This document shows positions 23,791 to 34,460 of a DNA stretch of 37,548 nucleotides, one piece after another. The stretch comes from Octopus bimaculoides (taxonomy: Eukaryota): NCBI RefSeq assembly GCF_001194135.2, contig NC_068981.1:114924394-114961941 (forward strand), given 5' to 3'. A model generated the notes under the pieces. It saw nothing but the letters and a program-made list of their open reading frames with translations. It had not been told where the DNA came from and searched no databases. Position numbers and translations under genes: made by a program. Each line of letters begins with the position of its first letter. The first letter of the stretch is position 1.

Positions 23791-23949
23791 TTGCCCAAGT
23801 TTTCTGAAAATTTATCACATATTACAAGCCCAATAAGATAACTACTCTTCTATACATTTAAGATAACATGCAATTCAATTCAAGAGAAATTTCATACCAA
23901 ACCAAAAACTTACAAGTAAAACTTAAAATGTCTACCTTCCTTCAGATAG

Positions 23950-24900
23950 TACCCAGGAGGTTCCAGTAGTTTTCAGTTGATTTCATAGTGTTCCTTCTTC
24001 TTTTAATCACCATATATAGCTGACTAATGTTGTAACATTGTATCTCTCTTGGATTCTAAGAGGACCTTTGATTATTTAACCCTTCATTGCCCAGTGATTT
24101 CTGTGTTTGTGCTCCTCCATTGCTGGGGAACACCACTTCTGCTTTGTAGACCACAGCCTCTGTGCTGCATTGACTATTGGCTGGGCACTTATTGCTAACC
24201 CTACATGAGCATTCTGCCTCTGTACAAGGGTTTGGGGGTGTTCGTTAACATTTTAAAACTCTAGGTTCATAGGTGAAAGAGACCCTCGAGTTATGTCTAT
24301 TGAATAATCTCCTATACCTATGGGACTGTGTAAAATGCTTATCCATTGATCTAAGGAAGGCACTTTCCATGCAGTTCACATTGAGTGAGAACAGTGGGGA
24401 AAGCATGAGGACTTTATAGTGGTGTTTTCTCTTGTGGGTGTAAATGCCAGGCATATGGATAATGTGAACCTTAAACCTGCAGGTTCTAGAGCCTCATTGT
24501 ACATCAAAAACATCTTTATTGCAGGATAGGTTCAAAATCCTCTTCAGATACCCTTTACAAGCTTTTTAAATGAGGCTGTGATGTATGATAGCCTTTCATT
24601 AGATTTGTGGAAAAGTCTGTTTAAACCAGTGTCCAAATCAAATATTACATCTCAGAAATTTACTATGTTAAGGTTGGTTTCCATGGTAATCTTAAATCCT
24701 TACGAGTGTGAGTTAGGTCTTTCCTAAGCCTGTCCAGGGTGTGCCAATTTGTGCATCTGAAGATGGTTAAAGCATCTTCCTTATATAGGACAAAGCACAT
24801 TGACTGGAATTTCTTATTTAATGTGTCTAGTATAAATAATCGTGTAGGTCACAGACATATGTGCTGCCAAATGCTCCTCTTGCCACATCAAAAGAACCTT
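23950..24900 (-). mobile_element. Penelope-like element remnant (RT plus C-terminal endonuclease region)
   Basis: Minus-strand FDVARGAFGSTYVCDL (MG.FDGAEVC.L), YKED (YRDD), ITMETNL.IVNF*DV, FL..MDKHF..SH...RLFNR...RVSF, CSCR...CP....C....VVYKAEV and TL.SYIW*LK. Many stops and frameshifts; clade unresolved. Confidence 0.75.
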
Positions 24901-25714
24901 CTGGGTTCGTCTGTTTGACCCAGGCTGAGCTTTTGTTGACTGGCTTTTGTTGTTGCTATTGTATGTATGAGTAGAAACCCAGCTATAATTTTGAGTGCTA
25001 CTATTCTCTAAGAGCCTATCATGTGCCTATGTTGGTTTTTAGTTTTATATGATAAAAATTAAGCCCTATCTGAAATTTAAGAAAACATAAACCACCTGTG
25101 ACATTCTGACATAACCAGGAATATATTGCTTGACAAGATAAAAGGTGTGGCAACATGAATAGCTTATATATATATATATTGGTGGAATTGCTCTCCCTAA
25201 GTAATCCTTGATGCTTCTTACTACTTGATGTGGTTAGCCAGAACCTTGAATGTACTTGAGAGCTCTTAAGGTACCCACCTGGATAATTTATCCCTATATA
25301 TATATAAAAAGTTATTCATATTGCTACACCTATCACAAGTATAGATACATACAGGTATGATTTGTTCAAACTATTGTCAAATAGATGATTCAAAAATTCT
25401 CCCAGTTATTTACAAAATTCAGACTCCTATACAAAGTATGTGTAAGGATGATCAGAATCATGCAAGGTACCTTAAATGTGTGGCACCTCATCATTATTCC
25501 CAAAATTTGCACTAAAAGAACATTATCACTAAGAAGAAAACATAATAAAATTTGTTTTCGAAGTTGTACATGCTTAACAAACTGAGGCAGTGTGTTGAAA
25601 CTGAAGCAATTTCATAGTAGAAGAGCTATTTAAGCCATCTGAAACAGATGCAAAGTCTTATATTCTCTTTTGAATTTCATAAGGTGTCAGAAGTTTAGAC
25701 TTGGTCATAGTGAT

Positions 25715-26155
25715 ATGTGTGGTAAGAAGTTTGCTTCCCAGCCACATGATTCTGGGTTCAGTCCCACTGATTGGAGCTATAGTCAAGTGTCTTCTACTAT
25801 AGCTTCAGGCTGACCAAGTCTTGTAAGGAGACTTGGTAGACAGAAATTAGAAAGTCTGTCATATCTATCTATCTGTCTGTCTGTCTGCCTGCCTGCTTGC
25901 CTGTCTGCCTGCCTGTCTGGCTGTCTGTCTGCCTGCTTGCCTGTCTGTCTGTCTGTGTGCATCTTTGTTACTGTGTTTGTACCCCACAACCACTTGACAA
26001 CTGTTGTTGGTGTGTTTATGTCCCTGAAACTCAATGGTTCAGAAAAAGTGACTGATAGAATATGTAACAGGCTTAAAAAAAGAATAAGTACTGGGATTGA
26101 TTCTTCAAGGCAGTGCTCCAGGCTGGTCGTGCTTTTTAGATGGCTATAACTAAAA
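25715..26155 (+). mobile_element. SINE family B copy with internal (TCTG/CCTG)n expansion
   Basis: GTGTGGTAAGAAGTTTGCTTCCCA head, AAGTGTCTTCTACTATAGC core, tetranucleotide repeats at ~25860-25960. Confidence 0.8.
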
Positions 26156-26249
26156 CTTATTCTATGTTCATGCATATGATGACCAAATTTTGACTGACGA
26201 GCATCGTTTGCACTAAATAAATTAATGTTTAATAAAAGCCCTTCTGTTA

Positions 26250-26445
26250 CAGGCGTAAGGCATGAAATTTTGGGGGAATGAACTGGTCAATACATTGACC
26301 CTGGTGCTTGACTGGCACTTATTTCATTGATCCAAAGAGAGGTGAAAGTTAACCACAGCAGAATCTAAACTCTGAGCAAAAAGACTGATGAAATACTCCT
26401 AAGCATCTTGTCCATTATGCTTCTATCAGCTTGCCATCTCAGAAA
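26250..26445 (-). mobile_element. Degraded tRNA-SINE (family of 2715)
   Basis: AAATTTTGGGGG...GACCCTGGTGCTTGACTGGCACTTATTT..TTGATCC...TGAAAG.. is a diverged reverse complement of the 2715 element. Confidence 0.55.
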
Positions 26446-27201
26446 TGTTTCATAATCACCAACAGCATTGTAAATCCAAATAACCATCTCAACTTCCTCC
26501 TCCTTTATCCACCAATTCAATTTAACAGCAAATAATCACACTGATTGTAACCAAAGAGTAATATGAAATACTGACGATGGTATCTATCTCAAGATTAACT
26601 CTGATTGAGCAGACATGGAAGCAATGGCATCCAAACTTGATTCATTCAATTATTTTAGAGGCTTTTTTGAAACCTGTGAAATGTGTTTTCAAGTAGATTT
26701 GGTAGTTATTTTAACAGGAAGAGTGATCATGTAGAGCAGGTATGGGCAAACTTTTTGTAGAAGTGGGCCATGAGACATGGTTTATCAGGTGGTACACACT
26801 ACTAAAAAATTCAAGATTATTTTTCGTTGGTATACCATTCAAAAAATTCTACAGGCTGCACTTTGATAAAGAAGATCATTCATTGGCTTCTTAAACTAAC
26901 AACACATAATTATGAGTTCATTGAAGTTGTGAGGTTTATGCTTTTCTAAGAACATTTGTTAATGAAGTTAGTGAAGTGATATTCATCAGCTGGTAGTCAG
27001 AATTCAATCATAAATTTGGAGTGTTGAGAGCTTCATTAGGTTCTATCCTAAATGTAAAATGGTATGTGTAACATACCTGACATGAAATGATTATAACAAA
27101 ATTAATACTAAGTGTGTGCTTATTTTGTATTTTAATGGTGAACATTGGAAAATGGATTAACAAACTGCTATACGTACCCAAATAATCATTTACTACTCAC
27201 A

Positions 27202-27253
<52 letters not shown>

Positions 27254-27339
27254 CTTGTTGTCATATATTGTATGTCCATTCAGGTGTCTATTTGTTTGAA
27301 GACATGATTTTTTTATTGATGAAGTTTTAGATCAGAGAG

Positions 27340-27720
27340 TACACATAAGTTGGATTTTCTCTGTTTTGACTGGGATTTTACCAATTCTTTTTTCATTATG
27401 GCCTTTGAAATGATGGCAGATGGGGGAGAGGCTTTTGGTGAAAAAATGTTTTTTAATTTATGACTTTTTCACCACCCACCCCCATGCATAGTGCCACTTT
27501 TTTGGCAATATGCCCTCCAAAACAATGGGTGTTGTGGATCAGGATGCCCACATAAGTTGAATTTTCTCCATTTTGACAAGGACTTTACCAATTTTTTTTC
27601 ACCACGGCCTTTGAAATGATGCTGTGCGTTTTATGAAAAAATTTGTTTTTATAATTTATGACTTTTTTTCACCACCCTCCTCCATGCATAGTGCCACTTT
27701 TTGGTACAATGAATTTCAAA
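27340..27720 (+). repeat. Repeat family D, two tandem ~205-bp units
   Basis: CATAAGTTG.ATTTTCTC..TTTTGAC...GGCCTTTGAAATGATG...AATTTATGACTTTTT.CACCACCC..CC.CATGCATAGTGCCACTTTT occurs twice. Confidence 0.8.
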
Positions 27721-28019
27721 ACCATGGGAGAAGCCATTGGACCTTTTCTGTTTGGGTGCCACCATCAATCAGCATCAATTTCTGTTCGAATTAATTTCAT
27801 ATCCAGTGTAAATGATACAGTTTTATAGGCTAATGAATGTCATGAAAATCATTTTTGCTGTAAATCAATAAATAAAGTTATTAGTTATTAAAGTTTGAAA
27901 ATTTTGGGTAATTTTAGCCAATTGGAAGCCACAGACACATTCATGCTGTTTCCATAGTAATTCTTTTGCCTGTGAGAAAGCAAGTATTGACAAATATATT
28001 GAAACTGAAACCACTTGTT

Positions 28020-28790
28020 GACGCTGTGTTCTATTATACTCAAAAGAAAATTATGTGCTAAGAAGAAGCATGTTATGAGTACAAAAAGATGTGGTAGGAA
28101 TGTGTACTGGTGATGCTCACACTGAGAATTCATGGAGTCTGTGTCTTTGAGGAAAGACACATGGTTTGAAGGTGGGACCCTTCCTCTTAAGACTGCAGTG
28201 CTTTTCCTTTTCTCATGGGTTAAGGAATTGACTTCAGTCTGGTTTTGTGTTGAACTGGAGAAGAGCCATTGCACAACTGTTGATTATAACAGCTATGTTC
28301 AGGAAATATGGGCAGAGGACTTGCTCTGTCCTCCAATTCAAGTTGGTGGTCCTGGAAAGATTGTTGAGATCAAGATGTAAGTACAACCGAGGAAGGGTCC
28401 TACCTGAGCAGTGGGTTTTTGGTGGAGTGTATCATGAGACCAGACAGCTTTTTCTGTATGCTGTGCCATGTCGGAATCATGACACACTGGAAGAATGCAT
28501 ACATCACTTGATTGTTCCAGGAACCACGATTTTCAGCGATTTGTAGTGGGCATACTCTCACATTCCTGAAATTGATGGTTACAATTTTGAGAATAGAATG
28601 GTGAAACACAGTGTTGGGTTTGTTAACTCAAAATATGGTACCCACACTCAACAAGTGGAGAGTACATGGGCCTCTGTAAAGCAAGATAATAAATTACGCT
28701 GTGGCACTCACTGTTCAATGGTAGATTCATATGTCTGTGAATATATGTGGTGCAGAGATATGAAAATTGTGATTTGTTTGAGAAGTTAAT
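28020..28790 (+). pseudogene. Merlin DDE transposase, disrupted
   Basis: VGGPGKIVEI[DES deleted]..KYNRGR..QWVFGGV, IVPGTTIFSDL*, HTQQVESTW and DSYVCEYMW. Stops, frameshifts and loss of the first catalytic Asp. Confidence 0.88.
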
Positions 28791-29058
28791 TGAATGCATT
28801 TCTAACTTTCGTTTCCAATTTTCAAAATATTTAGTTTATAATTTGCTATTTTGTTTTTAGGTAAATCTTTTAAGTTCATACTAATGCTTAAATGTTTGTT
28901 TTTTAAACATATTTAATTTGTAATGTGTTGCTTCTTATTGCATGTAATGCGTTGTTCATCACATTTAATACATACTGAATGCTTAAAACAACAAAAGACA
29001 TGTGGTTTCCTTTTTTTGCCATTGAAGTGGTTGTGAGGTGTGCTAAAAATAACAGCTA

Positions 29059-31637
29059 TGTAACGTGTTGTGTGTAGGAAATGAAAAGAGGTTCATTTCA
29101 AGGCCAAATTCACTCCCATTAGCACTGCATCCAACTCAGTGACATTGATGTGGTTGTAGTTGTCTGCTTTTCAAAGCCAGGCTGCATCCTCCACTTTGGC
29201 ACCTCTGATTTCCAACATAACTCCTATCACAATGCTGCTAGCATCACACCATACAGTCCTGTTATCTGATTTGGGCACATGCCAGTTCCCTCTGACTGGG
29301 TCTTCTGCTCTCATCCTCTTTAGGATATCCTACATCATCGCCACTGTCCCCTCTCTCACCTTGTCATCCCAGTTCCCCTTTTTGCTTGTTTCTTGGTGTA
29401 ACTGTATGCTGTCCACAGCCATCCCGCAATCGGGTAGTGACCTACTAATTTCCTGCACATCAAGAAAAGTTCTCTCCTGCTGACATTGGAACCCAGCTCA
29501 GGGATCTCATTCCCCCTTCAAAACACCAACATGCCTGTTCTGTCTCTTTGAAGCTTAAGCCCAGTGCAGCTCCTCCAGCCATTGACTCTCGTAGCTTCAT
29601 AATCAGCCCGAATTTCTTCAAATGTTTCACAACCTCTGTGGCAGGCACAACAGTCTTATCCACTAAGATGTCATCTGTATAGGAATTTGTGGCCCTTCTT
29701 ATCCTATCCACCTTTCCCAGGATGGATTTGAGCACTGTCACCATGGACTTTGGCTCAGAATTCAGTCCAAAACCCACCCTTGTCAGACAATATGTCCAGC
29801 CCTTGTATTGAACCAGCTGATACTGCCACAGTTTGTTGCTCACATGAAGCTGCAAATATGCTTACTTCAAGTCGACAATCGTTGCTGTCTTAGTTGACTG
29901 TCTCCATATGTGCAGCGTCTCACCACAGATGTCATTTGCCTCACCAACTGTGTGGCACAATACATGGCCATTCATCTCCTGAAAGTCCAGTACCAGTCTA
30001 ACTTTGCTGGTTGCACCACTGCCAATAGAAGTAGCACTCTACTCACCACCTCTTCCTTCCATGGGATAAGGACACCTTCTTTAATCCACCTCTCTACCAC
30101 TTCTTCAAACTCGCTCCTGGCATGTCCTTTCAGGGTGTGCTGGTAGTAGCTCATCCTGTTCTTCAGCATTGGGGGCTCCTCTTTCCAGCGTCACTCTATT
30201 GTTCACCACCCGAAAATCCTTGTCTTCAATGGTGTAGGCAGTGCATCCCCTCACATTCCTGACTCGTGGCGCATGACACCCCCATGGCACCAAATGAAAC
30301 CACATCTCCTCCAAGGCGGTCAATCGCATCCATCCCATTAACATATCAATCCTGTCTACCACGTGATCAATCACAATCACCCACAGCCTTAGTGTTGTGC
30401 CTCACACCACTATCTTCACATCATTGTTACCCTTGCATTCAATTTCGCTGGCGTTGACTGCCGAAACACTACTCATTTCCTTCCATTTCTTTGTTACCCT
30501 TGGGGTCAAGAGACATTGTGCAGCTTGTGTCCATGATGGCCTTGAACATGTTTCCCCTGACCACAACCTCAACTACAGGCAGCAACTGCACAAGTGCCTC
30601 TACTACTCGTTTGCGTGGTAAGTTTGAGAGGCAGCAACTTCCCTGTGGCCTTTTCCCTGGACACAATTTCGGGTGATATGCCCAGTCTGTTTACACTGGT
30701 AGCAAACTAGTCCAGGCTCCGTGCAGTCCCTGGCACTTAAGACACTGGCCTGTGAAAGGCCGCTGTTGTTCCACAGCAGGTTTCTTTACATCTTTCACTG
30801 GCCGTCATGCAACGTTGCGGACTTCTGCAACCGTCATCACCACTGCCTTCCACCCAGTGTTTTGTGTCAACACACAGGCTTGAATGATGAGCTCACTCAT
30901 CGCCTTTTGTTGACATCTGGCAATTGTTGTAACCACACCGACACATCGTTGGGAAAGCCATTCACAAAAGCCAATCATGCTACCTTCTCCAGACCCTCTC
31001 TGGTGAGACTGGACAGCACAGCCAGCCTCCGTACCTCTACAGCATAGTTGTCAACCTGTTCCCCTGTCTACCTGACTGTTCCCAGCTTAGCAAAAGCAGT
31101 GTACTCTCCCTCTGTGTAAGCTTCTCTCAAGTGCTGCTTGATCTTTGCTGCGCTCAGTTGTTCTTCTTCATTCATTTCGAGGTACTCTGCCAGCACACTC
31201 CCCTCCAAATACAGCACCATGAGGCTTGCTACATCTTTGATGCCCTGTAGCCTGGCCACAACTTTGACCTTTCAAATCCAAGCTACTATGTCTCCTTCGC
31301 TATAGAAAGGTCTGATGACATCACTGCCGATCCTTATCTTTGCTGCCATCATATCTTAGGGGAAAATGACATCTGTATATGATTACCGAAATGAAAAGTG
31401 GTTCACCTACCTTCCTCCTGTCGACACCTGTCCAACGATCCTGCCCTACCCCTGTCACCCAGTATAAGCAGCTGCTATCTGACCAACCTGGGAGTGAATT
31501 CCTTTACATCCCTTCACAATGCCTCCAGCGGGCAAAAAGAGGATGATGCTTGCCTCTCTCCCCCTTTCCCCTCTTGCGCTTCCTCTTCCAGTCAGCCCCT
31601 TGACCACTGACGTTATGACTTTTTTTTCTTCCCCACA
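29059..31637 (-). mobile_element. Ty3/Gypsy LTR retrotransposon, internally deleted
   Basis: TG...CA ends. Gag LYLEGSVLAEYLEM with zinc knuckle CYQCKQTGHITRNC; protease KAIMDTSCT; RT YCLTRVGFGLNS and SYTDDILVD; RNase H VWCDASS...INVTELDAVL.GVNLALK, which then stops. No integrase. Confidence 0.88.
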
Positions 31638-31794
31638 TATCGCTTTTTGGATAAATCTTATTGCATTAAATTCATATTGAATGCTTAAAACTACAAAAAA
31701 ACATGATGTTTACTCTTTTTTGTCATTGAGGTGGTTGTGAGGTGTGCTAAAAATAACAGCTAAATAAGGTTTTTGGATAAATCTTTTAAGTTTG

Positions 31795-32885
31795 GGTTCT
31801 AGTCTTTCTCATTTGCAAAATGAACTCCCCTTAATCTTGCTCAGATTGTTTTCAATTTTGGTACATTGATGCAGCTCTGAATTTTGGTTACAATCAACCA
31901 ATTACTTTATCTTGTAAATTAAAGTTGGGAAATTTGGGTAATTTTAGCCAATCGACAGACAGCATGGCATTAGCAGCTTGTTACCATGACAACTGCATGC
32001 TGTGTTGTGGTTCACTGTTGTCTATATTGATTTTTCACACCACGAGATTCTTTTCACCCATGTGTTTTGTTTTAATTTTTCTGTGTGTTAGTATATTACA
32101 TATTTTTCTGTGCTTCTGTGTGTTAGTACTTTTACATATTTTTCATTTCATATATTTGTGGGACTCATTGACTCAGATAGCTGGGTTTATGGTTTCACTA
32201 TGTTAATTCTATTCATAAAAATTTAGATTAGGAGTATTTCTTAAATTGCTAGCTTCACATTTCAACAACTTAACTGAAATTTAGCCCACATAACAAGAAC
32301 TGAGAGGGATATCATGGAACAGAGAAACTGGGTGATACAGATAATTTGACATTTTTTTTTTAATTCTGCATGCAAAAACATATTAGACACAGGTATTCTT
32401 TTCCTTGGGACAAATTCTTTGTTGACCAGTGTTATTCTCATTGTAGTTTACAAATCTAAGCATGAAAATGTTACTCAACTTTGGAGTTTTGGAGACAGAC
32501 GCCCCCTTTTCACACACACACACTTATATATAAAAACATACAATCAATGAAGAGACAAAAGAAACAGTAAAATGATACATGCTGATTTTATTAGGTATTT
32601 CTGTTTATTTTGAAACCTACAATAAACAGGTTAGACTCTAAACTATAAATTTCACAGGGTACAACCTTAAAGTTGACACTGCTCTGCTAAACGCAGAAAA
32701 TTTCTGTCTCGCTATTGGCTAAAAATACCCAGTTTTTTCAATTTTTAAACCTCTGTAACCTTTTTCTCCTCAACATCATACCTTCAAAGCAATGAGACTG
32801 GAAGGCTACACTATTATAGCCGATTTTCAGATTTCTTACTTCCTTTTAAAAAATGCATATGTTGCGAATGAAAAAAACTAGATCC
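31795..32885. mobile_element. Non-autonomous Merlin-type element nested in the 27739 Merlin
   Basis: TIRs GGTTCTAGTCTTTCTCATTTGCAA vs GGATCTAGTTTTTTTCATTCGCAA. Perfect 8-bp TSD TAAGTTTG (31787-31794 / 32886-32893). Confidence 0.85.
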
Positions 32886-34139
32886 TAAGTTTGTGGTATT
32901 GCATTGAATGCATTAAACTGCAAAAAATGTGCTGTTTACTCGTTCTCCACATGTAGAATACAAATATTGACAACACATGCTACTTTCAGGACGTTGACGA
33001 CAAAATGTGCAGTCATGCACAAAATGATAGTTTCCAAATCCTGTTTCCTGACTGGGCAAAGATGATCAAGCTTTAAAACCCCTATAACTTTTTAAAAACA
33101 TTTTTATGAAAAAAGTGAAATACCACCAGCAATTCAGCTTGGAAAACTACATTAATGTGCCAAATTTTGAAATTTTCGATAAACTTTTTGAAATGCTGGC
33201 AGCCAAACAGAAAAGATCCAAGCCGTTTTGAGTAAAAAAAAAAAAAAAAAAATGCAAGTATTTGGTAATTTAGATTCTTAACCCCCATACCAAGTGAATC
33301 CCTGTGTTTATGTGTGTGTTTGTGTAAGAAAAAAACATATTAGCTAATAGAAAAGTATGCTATTAAAATATATCATCTTTTACATACGTTTTGAAAATCA
33401 CTGTAGATAAATCCCAGCAATGACCTTTCAAAATTATGAATTGAAACGGATGTGGGATGTGTGAAAAAATCATATATTTTCAAATTATTTTTTGTTTTTG
33501 ATAACATACTTTACAGTTAAATGTTTTTTTTTCTTACACACGCACACAGACTCGGTTGGAGCCATGAGGAGAGGGAGACACGAGGAAGGTACCAGGTAGT
33601 CGTAGGATGTACGAGAAACAACAGCTTTAATGAAAAGGCTTCTCCTGTCGTTTTTAAGTGCGCAGTGAAAAAAAAAAAAAAATNNNNNNNNNNNNNNNNN
33701 NNNNNNNNNNNNNNNNNNNNNNNNNNNNNNNNNNNNNNNNNNNNNNNNNNNNNNNNNNNNNNNNNNNNNNNNNNNNNNNNNNGGTCCTGATGTGGGTGAA
33801 AAAATTCATAAACTTTTAAAATATGTTTATGAAGTTGTGTAGCAAAAGTTTCTGTCCTCTCCCCACCATTTCGAAGGCTGTGGTGAAAAAGAGTTAGAAA
33901 TATCCCCGACGAAACGGAGAAAATCAACTTATGTGGGCATCCTGATCCGAAATTCCACCCAATTCTCGTATGATTACCCGAAAGTAAAAAAAAAAAAGTG
34001 TACTTTACCAATGTTATTGAAGTAAATAAATATGGACAATATTAAGCAGTTGTGATAAAGCTGATTAATAGTGACAAGATAAACAAAACAATAACTTTCC
34101 GGGACAACAAGGGAGCCCTTTTCGTGCGCAATTGAGCTG

Positions 34140-34460
34140 TTAGAAGTAGCAGCCATATTGCGTATAAATCAAATATGAATAAAAATCTGTAATCTCAGTT
34201 AATCCTCGATACATTATGTCTGAAGACAAGGCGAAATAGTCACGGTTGTTTCTCTTTTAATCAATGTTTTTGCGATAAGTCATGAAAACATGACTTATCG
34301 CTCAACCATTGCTTAAAAGCGACAATGACAATACTTTCCGGAAGAAATGAAAGAGGAAGATAAACAAGATTGTAAGCATGCGCACTCCCATAATTCCAGT
34401 GTTGCCTCCGCTGCCATTCCGCTCAACAAAATGCCGCAACAAGGAATATTCCAAGTAGGT
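34140..34460. promoter_or_regulatory. Candidate (bidirectional) housekeeping-type promoter
   Basis: Apparently non-repetitive segment with ETS-like CCGGAAG (34338), NRF1-like GCATGCGCA (34376-34384), a YY1-like CAATATGGCTGC on minus (34149-34160) and a 13-bp perfect palindrome. Candidate donors at 34455 (+, CAA|GTAGGT) and 34008 (-, TTG|GTAAAG). Confidence 0.4.

Larger units (their letters stand above)
27739..33219 (+). mobile_element. Merlin (IS1595/ISXO2-like) DNA transposon with nested insertions
   Basis: TIRs GGACCTTTTCTGTTTGGGTGCCACCA vs GGATCTTTTCTGTTTGGCTGCCAGCA. 8-bp TSD AAGCCATT (27731-27738) / AAGCCGTT (33220-33227). About 1.8 kb once the nested elements are removed. Confidence 0.88.

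Noticed and set aside
26735-26800. hAT/Charlie-like end CAGGTATGGGCAAACTTTT
   Set aside because: No partner TIR or TSD found.
32196-32431. Small Chapaev3-like derivative inside the nested Merlin element (ends ...GTTGACCAGTG|TTA)
   Set aside because: Only the right end is convincing; the left TIR cannot be identified.
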